DNA of 64,000 nt from Methanomassiliicoccales archaeon (lineage in GTDB: Archaea > Thermoplasmatota > Thermoplasmata > Methanomassiliicoccales > UBA472), in assembly GCA_035527755.1 (NCBI GenBank), contig DATKZX010000006.1:26057-90056 (forward strand), written 5' to 3'. Position 1 is the stretch's first letter, and each line of letters opens with the position of its first letter. The notes under the pieces are model-generated. The model was not told the origin of the DNA, made no database searches, and saw only the letters and a list, made by a program, of their open reading frames with translations. This document shows, piece by piece, positions 17,890-27,844 of the stretch. The position numbers were made by a program, and so were the translations under genes.

Positions 17890-19110
17890 ATGACCTCCGG
17901 CACTCTCATCGATGCCGGTATGGCGAAGGTCAGAGGATTGGTCGATTGGACCATGACCGGGGACCTGCGGCATCGGATCATGGCGCTCATACTGATCGGA
18001 TGCCTGCTCTATGGCATGACCATAGCCCTTGATGCATTGGTATTACGACCGTTCTTCGGCAACGTGCTCAGTGAACCTACCGACCTGGATTTCTACCGCT
18101 TTCGGGCGGAATCGATCCTTGACGGCAAGATACCGTACGTTGATTTCTACTCGGAATCACCGCCGCTCATCATGTACATGTTCGTTCTGCCTCAGCTTGT
18201 TGGAGGCTCGGCACTTGCCTATCAGCTATACTTCGCCGTCTTCTCGATATTGACCTCGCTGACACTGTATCTGGGATTACGCCGACATGACGAGCGGATG
18301 GCCATGATGGCCGGCATAGCGTACTTGGCATACCCGCTCAGTCTGATGGAGTTCGGCATCGGAGTTCAGGACGAGGCCATCACCACTTTCCTCTTCCTGC
18401 TGCCACTGGTCCTGCTGCATCTGGAGAGGGGATGGTCATCTGGCGTCACTTCCTTGGTAGGCGTCCTCACCAAGATGTTCAATGTACTGCTGGTCCCCTG
18501 GATGTTCCTTAGTTCTGACCGGAGGAACCGTGTGGCCATCTTGATCGGCTTTACAGGACTGGCAATGCTGGTCCTGCTGCCTTTGGTGATACTGTTCCCG
18601 GACCAGCTGCCTTCCTTCCACTATTACCTCCTGGGAAACCCGGACTACCCGACCGGTGGTTCATCTATCAGCCCCTGGCATTACCTGAACGCACTGGGAT
18701 TGGGATTGCCGGGCTGGGCCGGGGTGGCCTTGACCTTATCAGGAGTAGGGGGAGCCACCCTTCTCGCCTACAAGAGAAAGCTTTCGCTCTGGCAGGGGGC
18801 AACGCTGGTGATGATGGTGTTCTTCCTGGTCTATCCTAAGATCCTGCTCGTGTACTTCGTCATGCCCACCGCCCTGCTGATGATGTGGGGGTTGGAGGAC
18901 CGGAAGGTAATGCTTCGGCTTTTAGCGATCATATTACCACTGTTCCTTTCCGTCGCCGTCACCGGGAACGGAATGGCCCCGTTGTTCGATGGACCGTGGG
19001 TGTGGGTCATTGGTATGGCCCTGAGCCTTGTCGCCTGGGGCATCATGCTGCAGACCTGGTGGACGATCAGAGATCGGAAGGTCTTCTTTGAACGTGATAA
19101 ATTATGTTGA
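17890..19110 (+). CDS. polytopic membrane protein, possibly a DUF2029/GT-C-type glycosyltransferase
   Basis: About 11 TM helices, with the first loop reading FRAESILDGKIPYVDFYSESPPLIMY, a pattern reminiscent of GT87/DUF2029. The first in-frame ATG (17890) is preceded by GGAG. The track start 17839 is TTG. Confidence 0.45.
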   Translation: MTSGTLIDAGMAKVRGLVDWTMTGDLRHRIMALILIGCLLYGMTIALDALVLRPFFGNVLSEPTDLDFYRFRAESILDGKIPYVDFYSESPPLIMYMFVLPQLVGGSALAYQLYFAVFSILTSLTLYLGLRRHDERMAMMAGIAYLAYPLSLMEFGIGVQDEAITTFLFLLPLVLLHLERGWSSGVTSLVGVLTKMFNVLLVPWMFLSSDRRNRVAILIGFTGLAMLVLLPLVILFPDQLPSFHYYLLGNPDYPTGGSSISPWHYLNALGLGLPGWAGVALTLSGVGGATLLAYKRKLSLWQGATLVMMVFFLVYPKILLVYFVMPTALLMMWGLEDRKVMLRLLAIILPLFLSVAVTGNGMAPLFDGPWVWVIGMALSLVAWGIMLQTWWTIRDRKVFFERDKLC

Positions 19111-19179
19111 ATTGAGAGATGGCACCTGTTTCGTGATAAAAAGGAAAAATGGAAAGGGTTTATACATTTCCCCGGTCGT

Positions 19180-21216
19180 TCAAATGAACAATGCCAGGAA
19201 CTGGCAGATATCGCTGATCTTCATCGCCAGTTCCTCCTGGGCCTCCAGATCGATTATCCAATCGTTGGCCGCCTTCCCGCCGATCTGGCCATCCATCTTG
19301 TCCAGGACGTTGTTCTGCAGGTCCATTATGGCCCCGTAGAAATCGCTATCGTCGACCATGTTGTGCAATGCACCGATGATGTTGGACAAGGCCGCCTTCA
19401 TCTTGTCCGGGTTCTTCTTGAAGGCGCTGTCCGGCAGGTTCTGGATATATTCGTCCATTATGTCCAGGGCACCGTGGGCGTCCACGACCACCACCTCAAA
19501 GGTGTCGGAGTGATATCCAGTGTCATCGTCCCAGACCGTCAAGGTCGCGGTATAGGTGCCCGGAGCCATGTAGATGTGCGACCCTGTCACTGTTCCGGAA
19601 CCATCCGTCTCAACGACCACTGTTGATTCCGTGACGCCGTCTCCCCAGTCCCACTCTGCATCATGCGTGTCCAAGGTGCCCACGTCACTGAAGCTGCCAT
19701 AGAACTCCAGGGTATGAATGACCGGCAGAATGAACTCTGGATTGGGCTGCACCATGGAATCGATGGTCACGACCGGGTTGACGTTGCTGACGGTGACGAT
19801 AGTGTTCTCGACGTCGACACCACCATCGTCATCGGTCACTGTCACCTGGATGGGGTAATCATCGAACGGTGTACCAGTGGGATTGTCGTCCAGGTACTGA
19901 TGGGCAATTGTGTACATGGGTGTCCCGGAGGGATAGTTGACCGTCTGAGGTGAGCCTTCGCCCCAATCGATGACCAGCTCGAAGGTATCGTAGATCCCCG
20001 GGTCATATATGGTGCCGTGCACCGTGGCCATTCCGTTCTCGTCTATCACATCACCGAAGATCGAGATCGATGGTGCCACATTATTGACGGTCACGGTGGT
20101 GATGTCCATATCCCTCAATCTACCATCGAACACCTCCAGGTACACTGTGCCCTCATAGTCATCGTACCAGGTATGGGACACTATGCTGGTAGTGACCCAC
20201 CCGGTATCCCAGGTTCCGTCCCCATCGTAGTCCCAGCGGTACATCAGGGAATCGTCATCCGCGCTTCCGCCCGCATCGAAATGAACGGTGGTCCCCTCAT
20301 CGACCACGTAAGGGCCGCCAGTGTCCGCTACCGGCCTTGACTCACCGGGGAAGGGCTTCAGGTAATTTACTCCCTCGATCCACCAACCCCCACCGTAGTT
20401 GGGCATGTACCAGTAATTGTTATCCACGCTGAATTCCACGTCATAGTAGATGAGGAAATCATCGGGATCGGCCTGGCCCTTATGAGAGTCGGAATCGCTC
20501 ACCCATACCCCTTTGAAATATCCATTCGGGTCAGCGACAGGGTCCACGAGCGGGTCATAGTTGTAGCCCCAGCAAGTAATGGCATGGGCGCCATCCCCGG
20601 TCACTTGGTAGATAGATAGACCGGTGGCATATCCAGCCTGCATGAACAGAGCGATGTTCTGCATCGAGATCGACCCCATGTGTATTGCACCGGCATAATT
20701 CGAGTAATCGTATGAAGATGACCAGAAGTTGCCGCCTTCTACGTCCTCAGAGGACCATCCATCACCGGGATCGGGCAAGTCTCCCATGAACCACCATTGA
20801 TGCCCGTATTCCGTGAAACTGCCCTCGTCGGTCACATGGTTGATGAAATACTGTAAGAAGTCGTCAGTGTCGTCCATGCTCCCCACGAAGCCCCAACCGG
20901 TCCACTCCATCATGTTGGAGGCCGTGGCCGCCCAACACAACAGGTCGTCCTCGGTATTGGTCGGTGATTTCTCGGCATCCGCCCAGAATCCACCGAAGTT
21001 CTCGTAAAGCATGAAACTGGTGCCGGTCGGCGTGTCATGTTCAGATTCCACCCAGGCCGCCGGGGCCCCATCATAGTCCAAGGGTCCCCCCGATCCCAAG
21101 GACGTCGACGAGGTCCCGACGACCTGTTCTCCGGCAGCGAGCGGTAATGCCGCTAATGCCGCCAAAATCATCATCGCGGCCGTGGCGAGCACGATTAATG
21201 TAGCATTTTTCATCAT
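19180..21216 (-). CDS. secreted IdeS/Mac-1-like (peptidase C66-like) cysteine protease fused to three PKD-like domains and a C-terminal helical domain
   Basis: Signal peptide MMKNATLIVLATAAMMILAALAALPLAAG (GGAGG RBS upstream of ATG 21216). DDLLCWAATASNMMEWTGW resembles IdeS DDLLCGAATAGNMLHWW. GAHAITCWGY...GVWVSDSDS resembles IdeS NHVINLWGA...IYVTDSDS. Three segments carry the WD(W/Y)GDG PKD signature. Confidence 0.7.
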   Translation of the reverse strand: MMKNATLIVLATAAMMILAALAALPLAAGEQVVGTSSTSLGSGGPLDYDGAPAAWVESEHDTPTGTSFMLYENFGGFWADAEKSPTNTEDDLLCWAATASNMMEWTGWGFVGSMDDTDDFLQYFINHVTDEGSFTEYGHQWWFMGDLPDPGDGWSSEDVEGGNFWSSSYDYSNYAGAIHMGSISMQNIALFMQAGYATGLSIYQVTGDGAHAITCWGYNYDPLVDPVADPNGYFKGVWVSDSDSHKGQADPDDFLIYYDVEFSVDNNYWYMPNYGGGWWIEGVNYLKPFPGESRPVADTGGPYVVDEGTTVHFDAGGSADDDSLMYRWDYDGDGTWDTGWVTTSIVSHTWYDDYEGTVYLEVFDGRLRDMDITTVTVNNVAPSISIFGDVIDENGMATVHGTIYDPGIYDTFELVIDWGEGSPQTVNYPSGTPMYTIAHQYLDDNPTGTPFDDYPIQVTVTDDDGGVDVENTIVTVSNVNPVVTIDSMVQPNPEFILPVIHTLEFYGSFSDVGTLDTHDAEWDWGDGVTESTVVVETDGSGTVTGSHIYMAPGTYTATLTVWDDDTGYHSDTFEVVVVDAHGALDIMDEYIQNLPDSAFKKNPDKMKAALSNIIGALHNMVDDSDFYGAIMDLQNNVLDKMDGQIGGKAANDWIIDLEAQEELAMKISDICQFLALFI

Positions 21217-21432
21217 ATGAACTCCCCTCCTGCCCGATGCCCGTACAAAAAAACAAATCGATGGACCCCGGGTTTCCATGGGGCTTTTGCCCTATGCTTT
21301 TTTGATTTATCGGCCGCTTTACATACCTTTCGGTTGTATGACCGAGGGATTGGAAGGACAGCTGTATGAAAAATGGTGAGGGGCTGGAAAAGGGGGGTCA
21401 TCGGCAAGGGACCCCCGTTCGCACCTGATCGA

Positions 21433-24400
21433 TTATTGGACCTTCTCCCCTCCCTCCTTCTCCGATCCCTCGCCCTCCTCTTTCTTACGCTTCACATAGT
21501 AGTATGTCAGAAGGACTAGCGCGACGATCAGAAGAATTATGTGCAGCCAAAGTACCCAATCGAACTGACCTCTCTCAGGGGCTTGTGGGGTGGTGATGAC
21601 CGGTTCGGAGGGAGCGCCGTCGCCGATGGTGTTGGTCGCTACCACAAAGTACGCGTATGCCTCCCCATTGATCAATCCCTCATCCGTGTAACCTGCGCTG
21701 GTTACGGAGGCCACCAGAACCGCTTCGCCGCTCTCGTTCACCCGGAACACCTTGTAGCCGGTTATCGGAGCGCCGCCATCGTCGGACGGAGTGGTCCAGT
21801 TCAGCAGGACCATCCCATCGCCAGGCACGGCGACCAGGTCGCTCGGGGCGGTGGCTACCGACTGCAGCGAGATGCTCGCTTCCGAGGAGGCCTCACTCTC
21901 ACCAGCAGAGTTGTTGGCGGTGACATAGTACCAGTAGGTGGAACCGGCTGATGCCTCATCGTCCATGAAGCTCAGCACATCGCCCACCTGTACCAGGAAC
22001 TCCTCCCCGCCGCTTTCCGTACCCCGGTAGATGGAGTAAACAACGATGGGTGATCCTCCGTCGTCCATTGGGGCTTCCCATGTCAGGACCACGAAGTCTT
22101 GTCCCCTTGTGGCCTCCAGGCCGAGCGGTGCGGAAGGCGTGCCTAATATGATCGCCGAGGCAAATTCGGACATGGCTCCCGCGCCTGCGAAGTTGACTGC
22201 CACCACGGAATACCAGTATTCCCGTCCCACCTCCACGGCGGAGTCGGCATAGGTCAGCACGCTGCCCACGGTGCTCAGGAGAACCTCCTCCCCTGGCGGT
22301 CCGCGATACACCTGAAAGTTGGTGATCTGGGAGCCCCCGTCGTTCTCCGGGGCTAGCCAGGTCAGGGTGATGGCCGACGCCCCAGCCACCGCCTGCATGG
22401 ACCGGGGTGCGCCAGGCACGCTTGACGGGGTCGCGGAGACCTTGTTAGAGGAAGGACCCTCACCGGCCTGGTTGACCGCGGTGATATAGTACCAGTAGGT
22501 CTGGCCGTTGGATAGTCCAGCGTCGATGAAGCTCAGTACGTTCCCAGTCTCAACCAGGAACTCCTCACTGCCTTCCTCCATTCCACGGTAAATGACATAA
22601 CCTATGATAGGCACGCCACCTTCGTGGGACGGAGCGGACCAGGCCAGTTCGATTTGGGAGTCCCCGGCCACCGCGATCAACACCGAGTCGTTCGAGGGAA
22701 CGGCCATGGGCATGGCGGAGACCTCGTTGGATGCCGCCCCAGACCCTTCAGAATTCACGGCCAAGACATAGTAGAAGTAGGTGGCTCCGTTCTGCACTTC
22801 GCTGTCGGTATGGTTCGTGCTAGTGACGGTGGTGAGATAAGCCTCCTCCCCGCTGACGTTGCCGCGGAATATCTCATAGCCTGTGATGACCGCACCTCCG
22901 TCCTCCGACGGGGAGGTCCAACCCAGGAACACGATGGAATCTCCGGCGACCGCCTGCAATTCCAGAGGTGCAGAGGGGGCCAACCGGATGATGGTGGTGG
23001 CCTCGTTGGAGGCGGGCCCCTCGCCCAGGGCGTTGACCGCTCTGACGTAGTACCAATATTCCTGTCCGACCTGCGCAGTGTCATCCTGATATGAGGTGAC
23101 CGCGCCGATCGTCGCCAGCAGCTCCTCTCCGCTGGCCTCTTCACCGCGGTAGACCATGTAGCCGCTGACGGGTGACCCACCATCATCCGTCGGGGCGGTC
23201 CAGGTGATGATTATGTTGGAGGGGTCGGCAGAAGCCTGCAGCTCCTGTGGTGCAGAAGGGACGGCTGCCGGGATCGCGGATACCTCATAGGATGCGGAGC
23301 CCGCACCCGCGATGTTGACGGCTTTGACTATGTAAAAGAACTCCATGCCGTTCTCCAATCCAGTATCGGTGTAGTTCGTCTCGCCAACGGAGGTCAGATA
23401 CGTTTCCTCACCGCTAGCATTCCCGCGATGTACTTCGTAGCCAGTCACCGAGGAACCTCCGTCCAGCGACGGAGCGGACCAGGTCAGTGATATCGCTTCG
23501 TCACTGGCCATTGCCATTAATGACAATGGTGAGGACGGAGGTATAACGATCACTGACGATGCCTCGTTGGATGCGACGCTTTCACCAGCACTGTTCACTG
23601 CGGTGACATAATAGTAGTATCCCACCCCTGGCTCGACCGATGTGTCCAGATAGGTGGTGACGTTGCCCAGTGTTATCAATAGAGACTTGTTGCCGCTGGT
23701 AACCCCGCGATATACCTCGTAGTTGGTTATGGCCGAACCGCCATTGGAGGCGGGAGGCGACCAGCCTAGGCCGATGTCCTCCATGCCTGCGATCGCCTGC
23801 AGGTCGGTTGGAGCGGAGGCATGGGTCATCGGCACGGCCGATACTTCGTTGGACGCGGCCCCTTCCCCGACCGCGTTGACAGCGGTGACGTAATACCAGT
23901 AAGTGACCCCATTGGTCAACCCCGCGTCTAGAAAGGATGTTGACCCGTAGACGGCCAACAGGGGTATCTCCCCGCCATTGGTCTGACCGCGATATAGTAC
24001 GTAGTATTGCACCGTTGAACCACCGTCATCGGTGGGCGCGTCCCAGGTGAGCATGGCCTGGCCGTTGCCAGGGATGACCTGCACATCCATTGGTTGCGAG
24101 GGCAAGGCCATTGGCACGACCGAAACCTCGTTGGACACGGTGCTCTCGCCGATGGCGTTCACTGCCACCACGTAGTACCAGTAGGTCTCTCCGTTGACCG
24201 CCGTGGTATCCTCGTACCATTGAACGTCGCCGATGGTGGTCAGCAAGGTCTCCCCACCGCTTTCGCTGCCGCGGTATACCTTATACCCGGTGATGGGAGA
24301 ACCGCCGTCCCAGGTCGGCTCTGTCCAGCTCAGAGTGACCTGGGCGTCCCCGGCGGCCGCCATGAGCTCCAGGGGAGTGGTCGGCGCCACCAGTACCTGG

Positions 24401-25482
24401 TGCGAGTATCTCAGGTTCATGTTGGTGACGTCATAGTAGGTGACATGGACGTTGTTCAGGGAATCGAGAGCCATGGAGGGATAGCGCCCCACGTTACCGG
24501 AGGTGTCCACCGCACCGAGGGTCCATCCGTCCCACGCGTCATTGGCATACCAGATGTCCCCGTTCAGGGAATCGTAGAACACCATATGCACTACGTCGTC
24601 CTCGTCCACGATGAGATCGGTATATATGCCGTTGATGGCTGTGTCACTGATCAGTTCGATTCTCCAGGCACCTTCCTCGTTGGTGGCGTACTTGAGGAAA
24701 CCGGTCGTGGCATCCCAGTAGCAGATGTGCGCCTTGTTCGTGGAGTCCACACCAATGGATGAATACACGCCCACCGTACCTGCGGTATCTATGGACGTAG
24801 TGGTCCAAACACCGCCTGGATTGGTCGCATAGCGTAGGTCCCCGTTGGTATTATCATAATAGGAGATGTGAACGATGTCGTTGTGGTCCACCGCAATGGA
24901 TGAGTACCAGCCCACGTCGTTGGTGCTGTCGACGACGGACAGTGCCCAACTTCCGCCGGAATTGGTGGCGTACTTGAGGTTTCCATTCGTGGCGTCGTAA
25001 TAACTGATGTGCGTGTTGCCGATCGAATCAAGGGCCAGGGAGGCGAATCGCCCCACGTCCCCAGCGGTGTCTATGCCGATCTTGACCCAGCCCCCGCCTT
25101 CGTTGGTGGCGTACTTGAGGTTGCTGTTCGGGTAATTGTAATAGACCATGTGGATGTAATCGTTAGCGTCGACGGCTAGGGAAGTCTCCTGCCCGGCATA
25201 TGCCCCTGTCTCCAGGGCGACGTTGGTCCAGACGCCGCTCTTATTGGTCGCGTACATCAGATAACCGTTGGTCGAGTCGTGGTAGCTGATGTGTACGAAA
25301 TCGTTGGAATCCAGTCCGATGGATGAATAGCTCCCGACGTCGTCCACGCTATAGATCGTATAAGTGCTCCAGGCGGGTAATGGTCCCGCCCCTGCCGCCC
25401 CCGGTGCGAGCACCGGAAGGACGGATATCAACATAATCGCTGCAATCAATGCGCATGCTAGTGACCTCTTAGTACCTTCCAT
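21433..25482 (-). CDS. large cell-surface protein: signal/anchor, 7 beta-propeller-like repeats, 10 FN3-like repeats, C-terminal TM anchor and charged tail
   Basis: ATG 25482 with GAGGGGG upstream. There are seven ~46-aa units ending (L/I)(K/R/M)YATN..G.W and ten ~92-aa units with the Y.VYRG...YWYYV.AVN..GES..S.E pattern. C-terminal WVLWLHIILLIVALVLLTYYYV is followed by KRKKEEGEGSEKEGGEKVQ. Confidence 0.85.
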   Translation of the reverse strand: MEGTKRSLACALIAAIMLISVLPVLAPGAAGAGPLPAWSTYTIYSVDDVGSYSSIGLDSNDFVHISYHDSTNGYLMYATNKSGVWTNVALETGAYAGQETSLAVDANDYIHMVYYNYPNSNLKYATNEGGGWVKIGIDTAGDVGRFASLALDSIGNTHISYYDATNGNLKYATNSGGSWALSVVDSTNDVGWYSSIAVDHNDIVHISYYDNTNGDLRYATNPGGVWTTTSIDTAGTVGVYSSIGVDSTNKAHICYWDATTGFLKYATNEEGAWRIELISDTAINGIYTDLIVDEDDVVHMVFYDSLNGDIWYANDAWDGWTLGAVDTSGNVGRYPSMALDSLNNVHVTYYDVTNMNLRYSHQVLVAPTTPLELMAAAGDAQVTLSWTEPTWDGGSPITGYKVYRGSESGGETLLTTIGDVQWYEDTTAVNGETYWYYVVAVNAIGESTVSNEVSVVPMALPSQPMDVQVIPGNGQAMLTWDAPTDDGGSTVQYYVLYRGQTNGGEIPLLAVYGSTSFLDAGLTNGVTYWYYVTAVNAVGEGAASNEVSAVPMTHASAPTDLQAIAGMEDIGLGWSPPASNGGSAITNYEVYRGVTSGNKSLLITLGNVTTYLDTSVEPGVGYYYYVTAVNSAGESVASNEASSVIVIPPSSPLSLMAMASDEAISLTWSAPSLDGGSSVTGYEVHRGNASGEETYLTSVGETNYTDTGLENGMEFFYIVKAVNIAGAGSASYEVSAIPAAVPSAPQELQASADPSNIIITWTAPTDDGGSPVSGYMVYRGEEASGEELLATIGAVTSYQDDTAQVGQEYWYYVRAVNALGEGPASNEATTIIRLAPSAPLELQAVAGDSIVFLGWTSPSEDGGAVITGYEIFRGNVSGEEAYLTTVTSTNHTDSEVQNGATYFYYVLAVNSEGSGAASNEVSAMPMAVPSNDSVLIAVAGDSQIELAWSAPSHEGGVPIIGYVIYRGMEEGSEEFLVETGNVLSFIDAGLSNGQTYWYYITAVNQAGEGPSSNKVSATPSSVPGAPRSMQAVAGASAITLTWLAPENDGGSQITNFQVYRGPPGEEVLLSTVGSVLTYADSAVEVGREYWYSVVAVNFAGAGAMSEFASAIILGTPSAPLGLEATRGQDFVVLTWEAPMDDGGSPIVVYSIYRGTESGGEEFLVQVGDVLSFMDDEASAGSTYWYYVTANNSAGESEASSEASISLQSVATAPSDLVAVPGDGMVLLNWTTPSDDGGAPITGYKVFRVNESGEAVLVASVTSAGYTDEGLINGEAYAYFVVATNTIGDGAPSEPVITTPQAPERGQFDWVLWLHIILLIVALVLLTYYYVKRKKEEGEGSEKEGGEKVQ
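21610..24390 (-). repeat. intragenic tandem array of ten FN3-like modules (about 275 bp each)
   Basis: Repeated protein blocks (GGS.(I/V)TGY.VYRG, YWYYV.AVN..GEG..SNE) are read ten times in the 21433..25482 translation. The copies are diverged, not identical. Confidence 0.8.
24397..25365 (-). repeat. intragenic array of seven ~46-aa propeller-like blades
   Basis: Blade ends LMYATNKSGVW, LKYATNEGGGW, LKYATNSGGSW, LRYATNPGGVW, LKYATNEEGAW, IWYANDAWDGW and LRYSHQV are each preceded by a (H/Y)(I/M/V).Y(Y/H)D strand. Confidence 0.7.
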
Positions 25483-25834
25483 ATCTGACCCCCTCAAAAT
25501 TGCATATTTATTAATGATTCTCTTTATCGATTATGATATTATAAAAACATTGAGATAACTATAATGGATTTGGTACAATCTTGAAACAAAAAACACGTGA
25601 GATGTTTGACCCACGCATACATCGGTCTGCTATATAGACCGTCCAATAAATATGTTAACATTGTTAACTAGAGGAACTATAAGAGAAAGGGATCGAGAGA
25701 CCGAACATTAGAAAATTATCAAAGGACACCGAGTCACAGTTCAATCTCGACATCGTTCCACAAAATATTGTCCTGCGACATATCAGTAAGGAATTTAACG
25801 GGGCATTCGCCCCTAAGTGGTTTGATATTTACGC

Positions 25835-26017
25835 TTAGAACCTGTCCTTCGGCTTGTGCTTCTGGAAGCAGTCCCTGCAATATACAGGCCTGCCCTCAGT
25901 CGGTTTGAAAGGGACTTGTGTCTTCGCGCCGCAGTCGGAGCAAACTACATCGCTCATTTCGCGCGGCCCATCGTTTCTGGGGCGGAAGCCCCCGGAATTA
26001 CCTCTGTTTCCATACAT
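25835..26017 (-). CDS. small CxxC-x17-CxxC zinc-ribbon protein with a Gly/Arg-rich N-terminus
   Basis: MYGNRGNSGGFRPRNDGPREMSDVVCSDCGAKTQVPFKPTEGRPVYCRDCFQKHKPKDRF (60 aa from ATG 26017). The CSDC-x17-CRDC spacing is the pattern of the archaeal CxxC-x17-CxxC domain as I recall it. Confidence 0.6.
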   Translation of the reverse strand: MYGNRGNSGGFRPRNDGPREMSDVVCSDCGAKTQVPFKPTEGRPVYCRDCFQKHKPKDRF

Positions 26018-26238
26018 TACTAAACTACCTACTGTTGTTTTCCTACACCCTTTCGAATGCAGGACAAACCTGTCCATGATGTCACTACTATTTAAGAGGA
26101 TGTACTGAAGCGGTCTTTGAGCACTAAAACCCCCATTACACGATATTATATCGATATTATTATCAATAAATGTATAAATTAATCAAAGAAGGACGGTTTG
26201 GAACTCAGATCTTGGTCATGAAGCATATTAGGAGCACA

Positions 26239-27186
26239 TCAATCATGGATGAACTCGAGCATCTCCGACAAATGCTGCGCAAAATCATCGGGGAAGTCGT
26301 GACCCAGACCCTCAACGACCTGCAACAAAGTTGGGATACCCATCTCGTCCATGATCCTTTTAACTTCCTTTCCGGTTTCGAACGAGATCGAGTCCATATC
26401 CCCGCATAGAACGCATATTTTTAACCCTTGTCGGGCAAGATTTCGGATCGCCCCCTCCCATTCCTTAATTTCCGGCAAATAGGGGGCGACGAGTATGAGC
26501 CCTTTCGGATGGAGATCCCCATACAATACAGAATAAAATGCCAATCTGGCCCCTCCCGAGAATCCGGACAGGACCCACTCACCTCCGGTGATGTCATGCT
26601 CTTTTTCCAGATCTTGTAGATGGCTGTTGATCTCCATAAGACCTTTTTCAAGGTCTTTCCAAGTGTACGTCCCATGGGATGTGATCTGGGATGATTGCGG
26701 GAAAGCCAGTGAACAACCTTCCAATAACAATGAATGCCAGTTCTTCTCTGTTAGTGCAACGCTGTCCCCGTTTCCGTGCAGCGCCATGAGCCAGGGGCTT
26801 TGCGTGGATGATCCCCCCAGTGGCATTATAATTTTTAGCTCGGCCCGGACCTCTTTCCTTGCTAAGATCTCGCGTTCCCGACAGATATCGGCCAGGTAAG
26901 TGAATTCCTTTTGGTCCCGGATGTTCTTCAGATCATCATCCTGCAGCAGATATTCGTAAGGATACCAATATTCAGTGCCGATGATGGCCTCGCGCATGAT
27001 ATTCATGGCCATTTCCGTTCGCCCCAACTTGCTGGCGATGCAACACTTGAAGTTGAGTATTTGTGCCCGATCACCTTCTACCTCACCCCCATACTTCTCG
27101 ATCAGGTCGAGGGCCCCCTCCAATTTACCCTCATTATAGAGATCGATGGCTTGATGGACCAATCGAAAATAGGTCATTTCGGGCAT
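26239..27186 (-). CDS. TPR-like N-terminal domain fused to an alpha/beta hydrolase (phospholipase/carboxylesterase-like)
   Basis: Nucleophile elbow GFSGGA, downstream GDMD and GLGHDF (Ser/Asp/His order), and a helical-repeat N-terminus. 315 aa. Confidence 0.6.
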   Translation of the reverse strand: MPEMTYFRLVHQAIDLYNEGKLEGALDLIEKYGGEVEGDRAQILNFKCCIASKLGRTEMAMNIMREAIIGTEYWYPYEYLLQDDDLKNIRDQKEFTYLADICREREILARKEVRAELKIIMPLGGSSTQSPWLMALHGNGDSVALTEKNWHSLLLEGCSLAFPQSSQITSHGTYTWKDLEKGLMEINSHLQDLEKEHDITGGEWVLSGFSGGARLAFYSVLYGDLHPKGLILVAPYLPEIKEWEGAIRNLARQGLKICVLCGDMDSISFETGKEVKRIMDEMGIPTLLQVVEGLGHDFPDDFAQHLSEMLEFIHD

Positions 27187-27501
27187 GATGATCTAATTAA
27201 ACTGCACATAGATAATGATTTAAGACCGCAACTTCCGAATCGACAGCCTTTGTACCAGAGTGCTCGGATCGATTTATTAAAACAATTATCAATAAATATA
27301 TTTGAGAACTTCACTGAACAATGCCGAAACGATTTCCCATATCTGATCGCGAACTGTTAGGTGGTTTCTATATCCATTATCGAAAAGGGATCATCGGAAC
27401 CACCCCCCCCCATAAAAATGAAGATTTCCTGAAACATCTAATGCAATTAAATAAATCTGAAAATAGCCCATTCGTGATGTTACGTTGACGGGGTTGATCG
27501 A

Positions 27502-27705
27502 ATGTTCAAATATGAATATAAATTAAATTGGGCTGGAGAAATATATCAAGGTACCCTTGAATGCGAGAACAATGAGGATTCCAAGAGAGAGGTGAAACAG
27601 AAGTTGAAGGAGATAGGAGCCCCGAAAGGAAAATATATTTTCGTAGATATAATAAGACTAGAAGATAACAAGATAATCGTTTCAGAAGAACTATGGATGG
27701 CATAA
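27502..27705 (+). CDS. hypothetical 67-aa protein
   Basis: Track ORF in AT-rich DNA with GGGG upstream of the ATG. No recognisable motif. Confidence 0.3.
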   Translation: MFKYEYKLNWAGEIYQGTLECENNEDSKREVKQKLKEIGAPKGKYIFVDIIRLEDNKIIVSEELWMA

Positions 27706-27844
27706 CGGCATTCTTGAAAGAGATATCCATTATGCCGACGGGGGCCATTATCGCGATTCGGTCGGGTGGTCAATGCAAATATTCAGGAAACGAGTTAGAT
27801 ACTCAGTATCGAATACTATGTATCGAAAATAATGAGGTCGCCCT

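Noticed and set aside
21610-24390. Periodic repeats, considered as a possible CRISPR array or satellite (also applies to 35950-36700).
   Set aside because: The periods are 275 bp and 150 bp, the repeats lie in frame within long ORFs, and they encode FN3-like or 50-aa protein modules. There is no short repeat/spacer organisation and no cas genes.
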